From a virus: a DNA stretch of 64,000 nucleotides. The stretch covers positions 2,025 through 66,024 of IMG/VR virus record IMGVR_UViG_3300010049_000014. One strand, 5' to 3'. A program made the position numbers and the translations under genes. Below, one piece after another: positions 37,340-45,736 of this stretch. The notes beneath the pieces are model-generated. The model worked only from the letters and a program-made list of their open reading frames with translations. It did no database searches and was not told the DNA's origin. The number at the start of each line of letters is the position of its first letter. Position 1 is the stretch's first letter.

Positions 37340-37822
37340 CTAAACTTTTGGATATACCGCATTAGGTGGTCTTAGTATACCACGCAATTGCGCTATTCTG
37401 TCAACTCCACCTAATTCATCTGCCCACTTTTCCCACCATTGTGTGATGTAGTAATGATAAATATTGTCGTACCGACAATCAATTTTACCTTCCTGTATGA
37501 GCTTTCGATGTTTAAGGTTGCCCCTCGCTGAAGGGATACCGATTACAAACAAATAGAGCGGCCCCAATATTTGCGACTGTTTATAATGCCCATATTCATG
37601 TTTTATAGTTATGAGGTCTTCTCTCTTTAATAACGTGAACATTGCCAGAGAAACCCCGGAAATAAACTTTTTAAACTTTGTATCTTCACTAAACCAATAC
37701 CAAGTATAATTACCGCACAATGTCTTTCTCTTTTTCGCTCCGAGAACAAGCACCATAAAAGCACCTGCAAGTACTTGAGGAAATTGCCAAAGCAGAAGAA
37801 AAAATCCTGGTATTTGTTCCAT
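37340..37822 (-). CDS. Membrane zincin-like (HExxH) protein
   Basis: IKHEYGHYKQSQILGPLYLFVIG...WWEKWADELGG with hydrophobic segments. Likely start MEQIPG. Confidence 0.7.
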   Translation of the reverse strand: MEQIPGFFLLLWQFPQVLAGAFMVLVLGAKKRKTLCGNYTWYWFSEDTKFKKFISGVSLAMFTLLKREDLITIKHEYGHYKQSQILGPLYLFVIGIPSARGNLKHRKLIQEGKIDCRYDNIYHYYITQWWEKWADELGGVDRIAQLRGILRPPNAVYPKV

Positions 37823-37827
37823 GCTAT

Positions 37828-39153
37828 TTACCCTGATACGTCTAGCTGAAAACACGGTACGTATGCAGCGTGTAGTTGCGGCTCATAAACGTCTACACGT
37901 CCTGCACCCGTAAAGACAATCCAACCAGCACCTGATAAACTGTTGGAACCAGACCACCAATTTATAGTACTTCCATTACCGCCGCTGCGCTTTTGTGCTC
38001 TACGCACAATAGAGTTTTGGTATGCTGGGAATTGAAGCTCTATTGTGTTTGCATTGCCAGAAGCATCTGGTAGCTTTGGTGCAGACCACACATACCTGCC
38101 ACTTACCTCATACTCCGTCGGTAGCCATAGAGCATCAAATACTGTTGCGGTTCCACTAGGCATTAAAATACTTCTGGCTGTTTCAAAAAGAAAATCTGTT
38201 TCCCCTGCGTTACTTGGCGCAAATGGCCTTCCAGGATTTGCCAACATAGTCCTAAGTTGACTGTTAAGCCATGCTCTTGCCGCACAATCTCGCCATCCCC
38301 CAACGGTTGTGTTAGTTGTATTTATGGCACCTAAACCCACAGAATTTCTAAACTGAAATAAAAGACAATCTTGGGAGCTTGGGTCGAACACGGTCGCACC
38401 ATTATATACGTTCATTCCCACGATGTCTACATAGCAATTGTCTAGGTACGCCGTATCGTACCCTCCTGCTGCGCCTGGTGGTACTATACTTGTTGGTTGT
38501 AAACTTAGTAGAAAATAGTCACCGATCCGTATACCATCAAATCTATTTGCCCTTGGCCTTGCACGTAATGTGCGCAGCACATCTGCTGGCGTATTACCTA
38601 AGCCCAGTTCCATCAAATTGCGCCCTGCTGGAGGATGCACATCTGCATTACTCAACATTGCCTCCGGCCCTCGGATATTCCCGCGACCAGCAACACTAAT
38701 GCCTGCGCCATCCGAACTTGGTATCGTATTTATCATTTTTATATCGCCAAGAAAAAGATTGATTCCTGGGCTATCGTGATCTCCAACCCGTGTAACATTA
38801 GGTGACGCGACAAGCAACAAATCCCCTACACGCGCACCTGTAGGCAATGTTTCCCTGCCAATAACATTAGTTGTAATGCTGAATATCTGCGTACCCACAG
38901 GGCCAATACCACCACGCAAAGTCCCTTCCACACGTACTGTGAAAGGCTCCATAACTATAATTGCACATAACGCACCGGGGTCTACTGCATTTAAGTTTCC
39001 TATACGAATGGTTTCCCCGGATACATTTAATATAAAATCACCTAACACAGCATCCACAGGAGGCGCTGTTACATCTTCTGTTACAGAGTGAATCCACCTG
39101 CCACGTGAGCCTGGAGGCCCGATTACATTTCCTAAATCCAATCTTGCGGCCAT
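37828..39153 (-). CDS. Tail fibre-like protein: collagen-linker repeats plus DUF6273/C-type-lectin-like C-terminus
   Basis: GPPG/GTLRGGIGP/GNIRGP linkers, GGWRDCAARAWLN, NWWSGS...YVPCF. Confidence 0.7.
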   Translation of the reverse strand: MAARLDLGNVIGPPGSRGRWIHSVTEDVTAPPVDAVLGDFILNVSGETIRIGNLNAVDPGALCAIIVMEPFTVRVEGTLRGGIGPVGTQIFSITTNVIGRETLPTGARVGDLLLVASPNVTRVGDHDSPGINLFLGDIKMINTIPSSDGAGISVAGRGNIRGPEAMLSNADVHPPAGRNLMELGLGNTPADVLRTLRARPRANRFDGIRIGDYFLLSLQPTSIVPPGAAGGYDTAYLDNCYVDIVGMNVYNGATVFDPSSQDCLLFQFRNSVGLGAINTTNTTVGGWRDCAARAWLNSQLRTMLANPGRPFAPSNAGETDFLFETARSILMPSGTATVFDALWLPTEYEVSGRYVWSAPKLPDASGNANTIELQFPAYQNSIVRRAQKRSGGNGSTINWWSGSNSLSGAGWIVFTGAGRVDVYEPQLHAAYVPCFQLDVSG

Positions 39154-39305
39154 AAAATATTACCTCCTTTTCCTTTAATCTGCGCAGGTATATAATTTAT
39201 CGTGTGCGTTGTCTGTACTTCCTGCTGTACCGCAGGTTCGTGCGCAATAGTTATCGGTTCACACACTAAGATATTTTCTTTCCAATAAATCGTTTCTTTT
39301 TGCAT
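39132..39305 (-). CDS. Small hypothetical protein (57 aa, MQKETIYWKEN...)
   Basis: AAGGAG SD. Fills the gap between the two fibre genes. Not in the ORF track. Confidence 0.4.
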   Translation of the reverse strand: MQKETIYWKENILVCEPITIAHEPAVQQEVQTTHTINYIPAQIKGKGGNILWPQDWI

Positions 39306-39318
39306 TTTTTCTCCTTAA

Positions 39319-40608
39319 TTATAGTCCACTCACTCGTACTGCGTGTGCTAAACATATACCACCACCCACCGAATCCGGCGACATTCCCAGTGGCTGTGCT
39401 GACGCATTAAGCATTACAAAGTTAGTACCATTTGTGCCAGTAGTCCAAACAGGTCGAGACGTTGTGCCAGTAAGTCTTAACCTATTACGTGTTGTGTGAA
39501 AATAAGGCAGATGTACGTCAATATAATCATTAGGCGTACCACTGTAGAAGTAACGGCCAAGCACCTCAAAGTCTGACAGCATAAAAACATCTTCTGATGT
39601 TATAATTGTTGTGTTTGGTACCCTTGGTTGCGCTCTTGCTATATTAGCATTATTAACCAGAGCACCACTATTTGTTATATTATATGCCATAAGTAAATTG
39701 CGCCACGATGACACTACCTGTGTATAAATTAGGCTTCCTGTCCAGCCACCACTAGCAGGAGCAAAATTAAATAATTGCCCAGAAGCCAAGCACTGTATAG
39801 GCTGAATTATAAGAAAATCATACGGCCTTGGTGTGTATAAACCGCCTGTAACTATATCATAGGTGTTTATACCAACAACAACAAATCTGTATGTGTTCAT
39901 ACCAAATACAGTTGAGCCTGAACCCAACATAGTCCACGGGCTTAAAAAATCCCTTGGGTCTAGCTCTACGTCCATATAATCACCAATGGCAAGACCTGCA
40001 AACCGTGTTTCCGATGGTCTTGTACTAAGGTAAGATGCTAAGGTATGAAAGTCCGGGCTAGCAATTTCTGGAATAGAAGCTATACTTCTTGGTCGCATAA
40101 CAACAGAACTAGACCCTGTTGGCCCAGCAGGCCCACGTAAATTTCCTTGTACCTGTAAATTAAATGGAGACAACGACATAATACGGCAAAGACTTCCAGA
40201 GGCAACATTAAATAAATTACCAACATTTATAGTACCTATTGATGTGTTAAGTATAAAATCACCATCTATAGCTCCCACAGGAGGCGTAGTTATGGTTGTT
40301 TGTACCGGGAAGAACCTTTCTCCTCGTAGTCCTGGAGCCCCAGAAGGCCCGCGCAATGATCCCATTTGTTGTACAACTAACGGGACTACAGACACAATCT
40401 GACACATCGCACCCGCAGGAGCGATAATATCCCCAGTAAGATTTCCAATCTCAAGCGGTGTAGAAGATACATTTAATAAAAAGTCATTTACTATAGCTTC
40501 TGGCGGAGCCGTTTGTACTGGCTCGCTCACAGGGAATATCCACCTACCACGAGCCCCAGGAGGTCCAACTACACTCCCTAAATCTATTACTCCAGATTGC
40601 CCTGCCAT
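39319..40608 (-). CDS. Tail fibre-like protein, paralogue of 37828-39153
   Basis: Same N-terminal repeat (IDLGSVVGPPGARGRWI...GSLRGP) and lectin-like C-terminus (GGWTGSLIY, FMLSDFEV). Confidence 0.7.
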   Translation of the reverse strand: MAGQSGVIDLGSVVGPPGARGRWIFPVSEPVQTAPPEAIVNDFLLNVSSTPLEIGNLTGDIIAPAGAMCQIVSVVPLVVQQMGSLRGPSGAPGLRGERFFPVQTTITTPPVGAIDGDFILNTSIGTINVGNLFNVASGSLCRIMSLSPFNLQVQGNLRGPAGPTGSSSVVMRPRSIASIPEIASPDFHTLASYLSTRPSETRFAGLAIGDYMDVELDPRDFLSPWTMLGSGSTVFGMNTYRFVVVGINTYDIVTGGLYTPRPYDFLIIQPIQCLASGQLFNFAPASGGWTGSLIYTQVVSSWRNLLMAYNITNSGALVNNANIARAQPRVPNTTIITSEDVFMLSDFEVLGRYFYSGTPNDYIDVHLPYFHTTRNRLRLTGTTSRPVWTTGTNGTNFVMLNASAQPLGMSPDSVGGGICLAHAVRVSGL

Positions 40609-40631
40609 AAAAAATCTCCTTTCATCCTTTC

Positions 40632-40661
40632 ATTTTACACACAAAGGGATTCACTTTGCAA
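40632..40661 (-). promoter_or_regulatory. Candidate promoter TTGCAA-N18-TAAAAT
   Basis: Intergenic between terL and the fibre gene, upstream of an AAGGAG SD. Confidence 0.4.
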
Positions 40662-40675
40662 GCAGAAAAGAGTGC

Positions 40676-42049
40676 TTATAGTGCGGATGGGTTTATTGAT
40701 ACGTACCCATTTGACATCTCTGTGACCGCTGGCTCATCTTCCTCATAGGCAAGGTGTCTTTCAACTGTTGCCCTTTTTATGTCTAAAAAAGCTCTTTGAG
40801 TGACAGTAATAAAATAACACAACATTCGCACTCCGTCTACTCTATGTATTACCGACAATTTTCCAACTCCTTTAGGGATGGCACCATTCTTATCTCTTAC
40901 CGCAAGAGAGCAATCACTGGCTGTATCCACAGCGGCTTCAGTAAATATAAGCCGTTGGCAGTAAAGAAGTTTATTTGTGATAAAAGCGGAATCTTCAACA
41001 TTCGGATTCTTGCCTCTTGTAATCCACCATATCCCATGTTTATGCAGTTCTCTTGTGAATGTTTTTATTTCATCCTTCGCTGTTGTATCTGGTATCCATA
41101 AAATCTTATTCCGGGGGAAATCAAAGCGCAGCACCTTCGGAGCCTCCCTAATGTCAGGAAACTCATAGTCTTTTATTATATATATTATATTTCCTCTAAC
41201 AACAGCAGCACAACCTCTGTGGTATCCTTGGTTAAAGTCCTGCGCCCAGTAAATTGTTTCTTCCTGCGACACCTCTCTATCCATCGCAACCTTTACGAAG
41301 TTCTTTTCCCAGTCAAAGTCACCTAACACACGCCCTTGCGCGAGCGCTACGAACTCTCCTTCAAGGAATACGCGGCGTTCGTCAGGTGAATATATCTTAA
41401 AGAGTGATTTAACGTAATCTTGATCAAGGTATGTATTATCTATAGTCCTACCGCGTATTAAATTAAACCCTGTCCCGGATTTACGGAAATTAGTTATAAC
41501 CCTATACAAACCTTTTTGGCCTTGCGCTGTTGAAAAGAAAGATAGAAATGGTTTCCTAAATCCCGGTATTATTTGTCTGCACCTTTCATTTACTGCTTTC
41601 ACCGCCTCAAACGTAACATCATCACTTCTTGCGACAGACCCTAAGTCATCAATTTCGTCAGCTAACGCGCAACAAGCATCAAACCCCATAATACTTTCTG
41701 GAGCAGAAAGGGGTACTAAGATGGTCGTCACATCTCCTACAATGAGCCTGTTATCTTTTTTATCGTGTATGAAATCTGTATTGCTTTGTTCAAGTAATTC
41801 TTTTATGTACGCGAGTGTTGTTTTTACAAGGTGCCCAAGAGTTACACCGCCTAAAAGAACACGGGGTTTATGTCCTTCTTTACTTTTCTTACCTTGGAGC
41901 ATCGAGACATACTTTAACCATGAATACGCAAGGCTTGATGTTTTTCCGCAACCATAACCCCCTACAAGAAAGTGGTAGCGCAATTCCGGGAACAGTAGAG
42001 GTGATTGTATTATCGCTCCCTGATGTGGGAGCATAAATCTTTTTTTCAA
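40676..42049 (-). CDS. terL: Terminase large subunit
   Basis: PHQ adenine-binding motif, Walker A GGYGCGKT, Walker B CALADEID, nuclease motif AQDFN, HRVDGVR. Confidence 0.9.
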   Translation of the reverse strand: MKKRFMLPHQGAIIQSPLLFPELRYHFLVGGYGCGKTSSLAYSWLKYVSMLQGKKSKEGHKPRVLLGGVTLGHLVKTTLAYIKELLEQSNTDFIHDKKDNRLIVGDVTTILVPLSAPESIMGFDACCALADEIDDLGSVARSDDVTFEAVKAVNERCRQIIPGFRKPFLSFFSTAQGQKGLYRVITNFRKSGTGFNLIRGRTIDNTYLDQDYVKSLFKIYSPDERRVFLEGEFVALAQGRVLGDFDWEKNFVKVAMDREVSQEETIYWAQDFNQGYHRGCAAVVRGNIIYIIKDYEFPDIREAPKVLRFDFPRNKILWIPDTTAKDEIKTFTRELHKHGIWWITRGKNPNVEDSAFITNKLLYCQRLIFTEAAVDTASDCSLAVRDKNGAIPKGVGKLSVIHRVDGVRMLCYFITVTQRAFLDIKRATVERHLAYEEDEPAVTEMSNGYVSINPSAL

Positions 42050-42073
42050 GACCGCCGTCTTCCTTCCTTTATA

Positions 42074-42463
42074 CTATAACCACGCCTCTCTACGGAACAC
42101 GCCGTTATTTCTATACACTATTTCTGCTCGTTGTGATACTTTTGGCGTAGGACATACGTGGCGACACAGTTTTGCAGGGATTGACACTTCAAGCACTTTG
42201 GTCTTATTGATGTTTGTATACCGAAGTTTCCACAGAGTTGTTTGCAGTTTTCGGCGTATGTTTGCGTGCAACGGTAGAGATGCGAGCATTTGTCGCAACG
42301 CAGTCCACGAGTAGGTTTCATCGAACCTAAACATTGAGGAAAATCCATAAGTCACCTCCCTGCCAAAAGCAAAAATTCTTGTGCCGCTTGAGCGCAACAC
42401 CCGTAAAACCCACATCCCATCTGTCATTGTTGCTATGTCAATTTGTTTTAAAACTTGCATCAC
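42074..42463 (-). CDS. Hypothetical basic protein
   Basis: GGAGG SD, GTG start. Between terS-like and terL. Confidence 0.55.
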   Translation of the reverse strand: MMQVLKQIDIATMTDGMWVLRVLRSSGTRIFAFGREVTYGFSSMFRFDETYSWTALRQMLASLPLHANIRRKLQTTLWKLRYTNINKTKVLEVSIPAKLCRHVCPTPKVSQRAEIVYRNNGVFRREAWL

Positions 42464-42472
42464 TATGCCTCC

Positions 42473-43117
42473 CTACCAGTCTTCAACAGTACCATCACTG
42501 TTTATTTTATATCCGCCTAATACTTCGTCCTTAGTATTATCATATAGCATTGTCTTCGCAGAAGCAACAACAGGTTTTGCTTTTTCACCATCAGCAAACG
42601 GGTCATCATCACTTTCAAAACCCTCAAACACTTCATGCTCTTTTATCGCCGCAAACTCCTCTTTTGTAAGAGCTACGAAAAATATGTTAAGAGCGTCTGC
42701 TTCTTCTTTTTCATCGTCTGCTTTTGTCATCTTCAGAAGGTCTCTGCGCATTTCTGCCGCTTTCATCTTCATCGCAAACCAGTCTTTGTACTGTATATTG
42801 TATTCTTTCTCCGGGTCGTTTGCTTCTCTTATGTCTTCATCACCTTCATCCGGCTCCGCTCCACGTAACGCCTGTGACAGTTCCTCTACCTCATCTATCT
42901 CATCAAGGTACTTTTCTGCCCGTATTGTCCGGGTCATACGTTTGTAATCTTTATTGTCGAGTATTAGCGCTCTTTGTTTCCCTGTTATTCCACAGTAATC
43001 CAGCGACATACTATCACTAAGAAAGCGGCGGTATGCAGTTATACAATTAGCCAAAACTGTATCAAAATATTGCGGGTCATCTTTTTTTGGTACGTCTTGC
43101 AGATTTATTTGTGCCAT
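42473..43117 (-). CDS. Putative terminase small subunit
   Basis: First gene of the virion operon, two genes upstream of terL. Helical and acidic. Assignment by position. Confidence 0.55.
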   Translation of the reverse strand: MAQINLQDVPKKDDPQYFDTVLANCITAYRRFLSDSMSLDYCGITGKQRALILDNKDYKRMTRTIRAEKYLDEIDEVEELSQALRGAEPDEGDEDIREANDPEKEYNIQYKDWFAMKMKAAEMRRDLLKMTKADDEKEEADALNIFFVALTKEEFAAIKEHEVFEGFESDDDPFADGEKAKPVVASAKTMLYDNTKDEVLGGYKINSDGTVEDW

Positions 43118-43123
43118 ACAAAA

Positions 43124-43152
43124 ATCATAGCATATATTTTAATTTTTTACAA
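43124..43152 (-). promoter_or_regulatory. sigma70-like promoter TTGTAA-N17-TATGAT with extended -10 TG, 6 nt before the terS-like ATG
   Basis: Canonical spacing and no SD, so a leaderless transcript is predicted. Confidence 0.65.
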
Positions 43153-43161
43153 GTGGGTAAA

Positions 43162-43206
43162 TAAAAACCCCCCGGTGTTGATTTGGAAATGGCTGATAAC
43201 ACCGGG
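43162..43206 (-). terminator. Candidate intrinsic terminator upstream of the late promoter
   Basis: 9-bp stem CCCGGTGTT/AACACCGGG followed by a T tract on the minus strand. The loop is large (18 nt). Confidence 0.45.
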
Positions 43207-43555
43207 AGGAAGGAGGAGAAGAAGCTAAACACAATGCCATGAGCTTGTAACATCATGCTTAGGGGAATCTGCAAAACCCCATTCGCTGCAACTCTCTTAC
43301 AAATTACCACAAAACATTATAAATATCAAGTGGATTAGTGCATCATTTTCGCAAATCAATACAGTGAAAATTCCCTAGTGACGAAGGTGTGTTTGAGGGT
43401 GTAGGTGGATAAAGGGGGCAAGGCTGACCTGTATTTTTGTGTGCTTGATTTGTGCGGATTTATCCGTTATTAACCAAACCAAAAACATAAAGGTTATTAG
43501 CTGGCAGGAATTATCATAAACAGATAATTACTACCAACCAATAAAATAAATAATA

Positions 43556-44347
43556 CTAACCATGTGCATAAAACAGATCATAAGTACCGGAGCAAAAAAC
43601 ATCAACGGACATACTATGCTGATCGGCAAATTTGCAAATACTCTGGTATTGCCTATTGCCGTATTGCTTGTACGCTGGCAATTGTGGATCGTATGATGTA
43701 GTTATTAACTGGATCATCTTAATTTCTCTGTCTGTTGCTGTTTTTAAAAACTGTTTAATTGCAAATTTTTTCTCTGCCTCCCGCTCTGCACGATAAAAAC
43801 TATTTTTACGGACGGTCTCCGCTCCTCTATGGATCATACTATAGATACGATCATTATCAATCTGTCTTGCTGTCGTTGTGTATCTTGGCGTATGATAACC
43901 ATAATAATTAACAATGTAAGTCTGCCTGTATTGCTCCGCTTGATCTGTAGTTGTACTAATTGGTAACGCATAATTATTGATAGTCTCAATCCGCTCCGCC
44001 TCTATTGCTACATCTGATCTCTGGTTGCGGTCTCTGCGATTAGCCGGATCAATAATTGCATCTTGTGCATCAATGCCGTATTTGCTCGTATGCCTACCAG
44101 TGCGATACTGTCTCTTATGCTCGGCAAATACCCTCTTGGTTGCACATAACAGATCAATCTGTTTGTCGTCCGCTAATATCATCGCTGTTGCGATTATATG
44201 ACTACTTATTTGATCTCCCATCTTGGGTAATAGATCAAAATAGGCATTTACCGCCGTCTTGTCACTGGCATTGTCAATAATTTGATCTTTTGCCTTGATA
44301 ATGCCATTTTCATAATCTTTTTTTGCTTGTCTTTCTGTTTTTTTCAT
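43556..44347 (-). CDS. Hypothetical protein, possible divergent sigma-factor-like regulator
   Basis: 263 aa, AGGGG SD. IKQFLKTATDREIKMIQL resembles sigma region 4.1. The function call is weak. Confidence 0.6.
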   Translation of the reverse strand: MKKTERQAKKDYENGIIKAKDQIIDNASDKTAVNAYFDLLPKMGDQISSHIIATAMILADDKQIDLLCATKRVFAEHKRQYRTGRHTSKYGIDAQDAIIDPANRRDRNQRSDVAIEAERIETINNYALPISTTTDQAEQYRQTYIVNYYGYHTPRYTTTARQIDNDRIYSMIHRGAETVRKNSFYRAEREAEKKFAIKQFLKTATDREIKMIQLITTSYDPQLPAYKQYGNRQYQSICKFADQHSMSVDVFCSGTYDLFYAHG

Positions 44348-44378
44348 TTTTTATCCCCTATTATAATAATATAATATA

Positions 44379-44406
44379 ATATTAGCATTTTTTGAAAAAT
44401 AGTCAA
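44379..44406 (-). promoter_or_regulatory. Candidate promoter TTGACT-N16-TAATAT with extended -10 TG for 43556-44347
   Basis: The -35 lies in the outer end of the left inverted-repeat arm. Confidence 0.45.
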
Positions 44407-44834
44407 GTAGTTATTTTTTATTTTTACGTTTTTTTTGGCTATTATCTACTATATATTAGCGGTTTGTAGGGCAGAAAAAAAGCCGGTTTTTACCGTATTA
44501 TAATAATATCCGTCTATATATAGATCAATAGTTTTTGATTTTAGAATTAAAAAGATAAATAGTAAGTGACTGATATTTTGGTATCATTGGTATTTTTTAG
44601 AAAAATACCAAAAAATCTTATCATATTATTATAATAGATTATTATAATAATATATGTATTGTATCATACCAAATAAACAAATAATTTTTAAAACTAAAAA
44701 CTATTGATCTATATATAGACGGATATTATTATAATACCGGCAAAATGCCCGTTTTTTTGCCCGTACAAATTACTTATATATAGTAGATAATAGCCAAAAA
44801 AACCGCAAAAACAAAAAATAACTACTTGACTATT
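44398..44834. repeat. ~150-bp imperfect inverted repeat with ~140-bp AT-rich spacer
   Basis: Perfect blocks of 22 bp (44398-44419/44813-44834), 27 bp (44430-44456/44776-44802) and 42 bp (44495-44536/44696-44737). Confidence 0.95.
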
Positions 44835-44903
44835 AGTGCAAAATGTACAAAAAAATAGGCATATAACCGTTAAGATTATATGCCTATTATAAAAATTGTA
44901 TTA

Positions 44904-45218
44904 CTATTTATTGTCTTTTTTGGAGCCGATAACGATAAATTGTAGGTTGCTGGTACACCGTATACCGCCAATATCCACTTTGGGACTGGCAAAATAGCCG
45001 ATACTGCCCGTGGCAAATTCACGGCTGTTAAGGATTATTTTGTATTGGCTTTCTGTTTCGGGATCGATTATCGGTGCGTTATCTTGGTCTACAAGTAATA
45101 GTTTGATCTTGCTAATTGGTAGCCTAGCAAGCCTATCAATGCTTGTATTCTGCGCTTGCGCTGTTGCGCTTGCATTGTCAATTTTTTCTACTTTTTTACT
45201 CATCTTTTTAATCTCCAT
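44904..45218 (-). CDS. Hypothetical early protein
   Basis: C-terminal REFATGSIGYFA...VIGSK. The start may be 45203 (GGAG SD). Confidence 0.65.
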   Translation of the reverse strand: MEIKKMSKKVEKIDNASATAQAQNTSIDRLARLPISKIKLLLVDQDNAPIIDPETESQYKIILNSREFATGSIGYFASPKVDIGGIRCTSNLQFIVIGSKKDNK

Positions 45219-45281
45219 TATAAGTGATTTTTTTTATCGGTATAATTGCCGATTCAATCCTGCCTGAGTATAATTTGTCAA

Positions 45282-45374
45282 TTAACAATTGGCAAAATAC
45301 TCGATGATAGCGTCTAACTCTTCTTGCGACAATGTGTCTTTGATTGCTGCATCTACCATTTTTTCGATGTCCAT
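45282..45374 (-). CDS. 30-aa acidic peptide MDIEKMVDAAIKDTLSQEELDAIIEYFANC
   Basis: AAGGAG SD and its own GATCTA-N14-TTTGCC motif. Not in the ORF track. Confidence 0.55.
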   Translation of the reverse strand: MDIEKMVDAAIKDTLSQEELDAIIEYFANC

Positions 45375-45401
45375 TTTTTCTCCTTTATTTGTTTATTTAT
45401 T

Positions 45402-45427
45402 GGCAAATAGATTGCATTTTTTAGATC
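45402..45427 (-). promoter_or_regulatory. Bipartite motif GATCTA-N14-TTTGCC, copy 1
   Basis: Ends 27 nt upstream of the ATG at 45374. Confidence 0.7.
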
Positions 45428-45432
45428 ACATT

Positions 45433-45654
45433 TCAAATATTTTTTAATATTTGGATCATGTGATATTTGCCGATAATTAGTATAGATACTAATGATCTGT
45501 AGTATCTATATAATACTTTTTTTTCCGCCTTGATCTCTTGGATACTTGCGTTATTACGTTTTTTCCAGCGTATTAACTGTTGTATCAGTTTAATCATTGT
45601 CTTATAGTGCATAATACGATTTCTAATCAGTATGCGCATTGATTTTTTATCCAT
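45433..45654 (-). CDS. Small basic hypothetical protein (73 aa)
   Basis: ATG at 45654 with AAGGAG SD. Confidence 0.6.
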   Translation of the reverse strand: MDKKSMRILIRNRIMHYKTMIKLIQQLIRWKKRNNASIQEIKAEKKVLYRYYRSLVSILIIGKYHMIQILKNI

Positions 45655-45680
45655 TTTTTCTCCTTTATTGTTTTTGTATT

Positions 45681-45706
45681 GGCAAATAGATCGCATTTTT
45701 TAGATC
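45681..45706 (-). promoter_or_regulatory. Bipartite motif GATCTA-N14-TTTGCC, copy 2
   Basis: Ends 26 nt upstream of the ATG at 45654. Back-to-back with copy 3. Confidence 0.7.
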
Positions 45707-45736
45707 ACATTTTTTAATATTTTTATTTTTTGCTAT

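Larger units (their letters stand above)
45370..45712. repeat. ~63-bp direct repeat (45370-45433 and 45650-45712): duplicated promoter plus RBS module
   Basis: Near-identical copies, each ending at a minus-strand ATG. Confidence 0.9.

Noticed and set aside
37828-40608. Diversity-generating retroelement targeting the lectin-like fibre tips
   Set aside because: No reverse transcriptase ORF, and no near-identical template repeat of either 3' end was seen in the window.
43125-43310. 61-aa ORF upstream of terS
   Set aside because: No SD, low complexity, and it crosses the predicted terminator and promoter.
44398-44834. Hairpin-telomere resolution site (N15/Borrelia type)
   Set aside because: Such sites are contiguous perfect palindromes. 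This repeat is imperfect with a ~140-bp spacer, and no protelomerase is visible.
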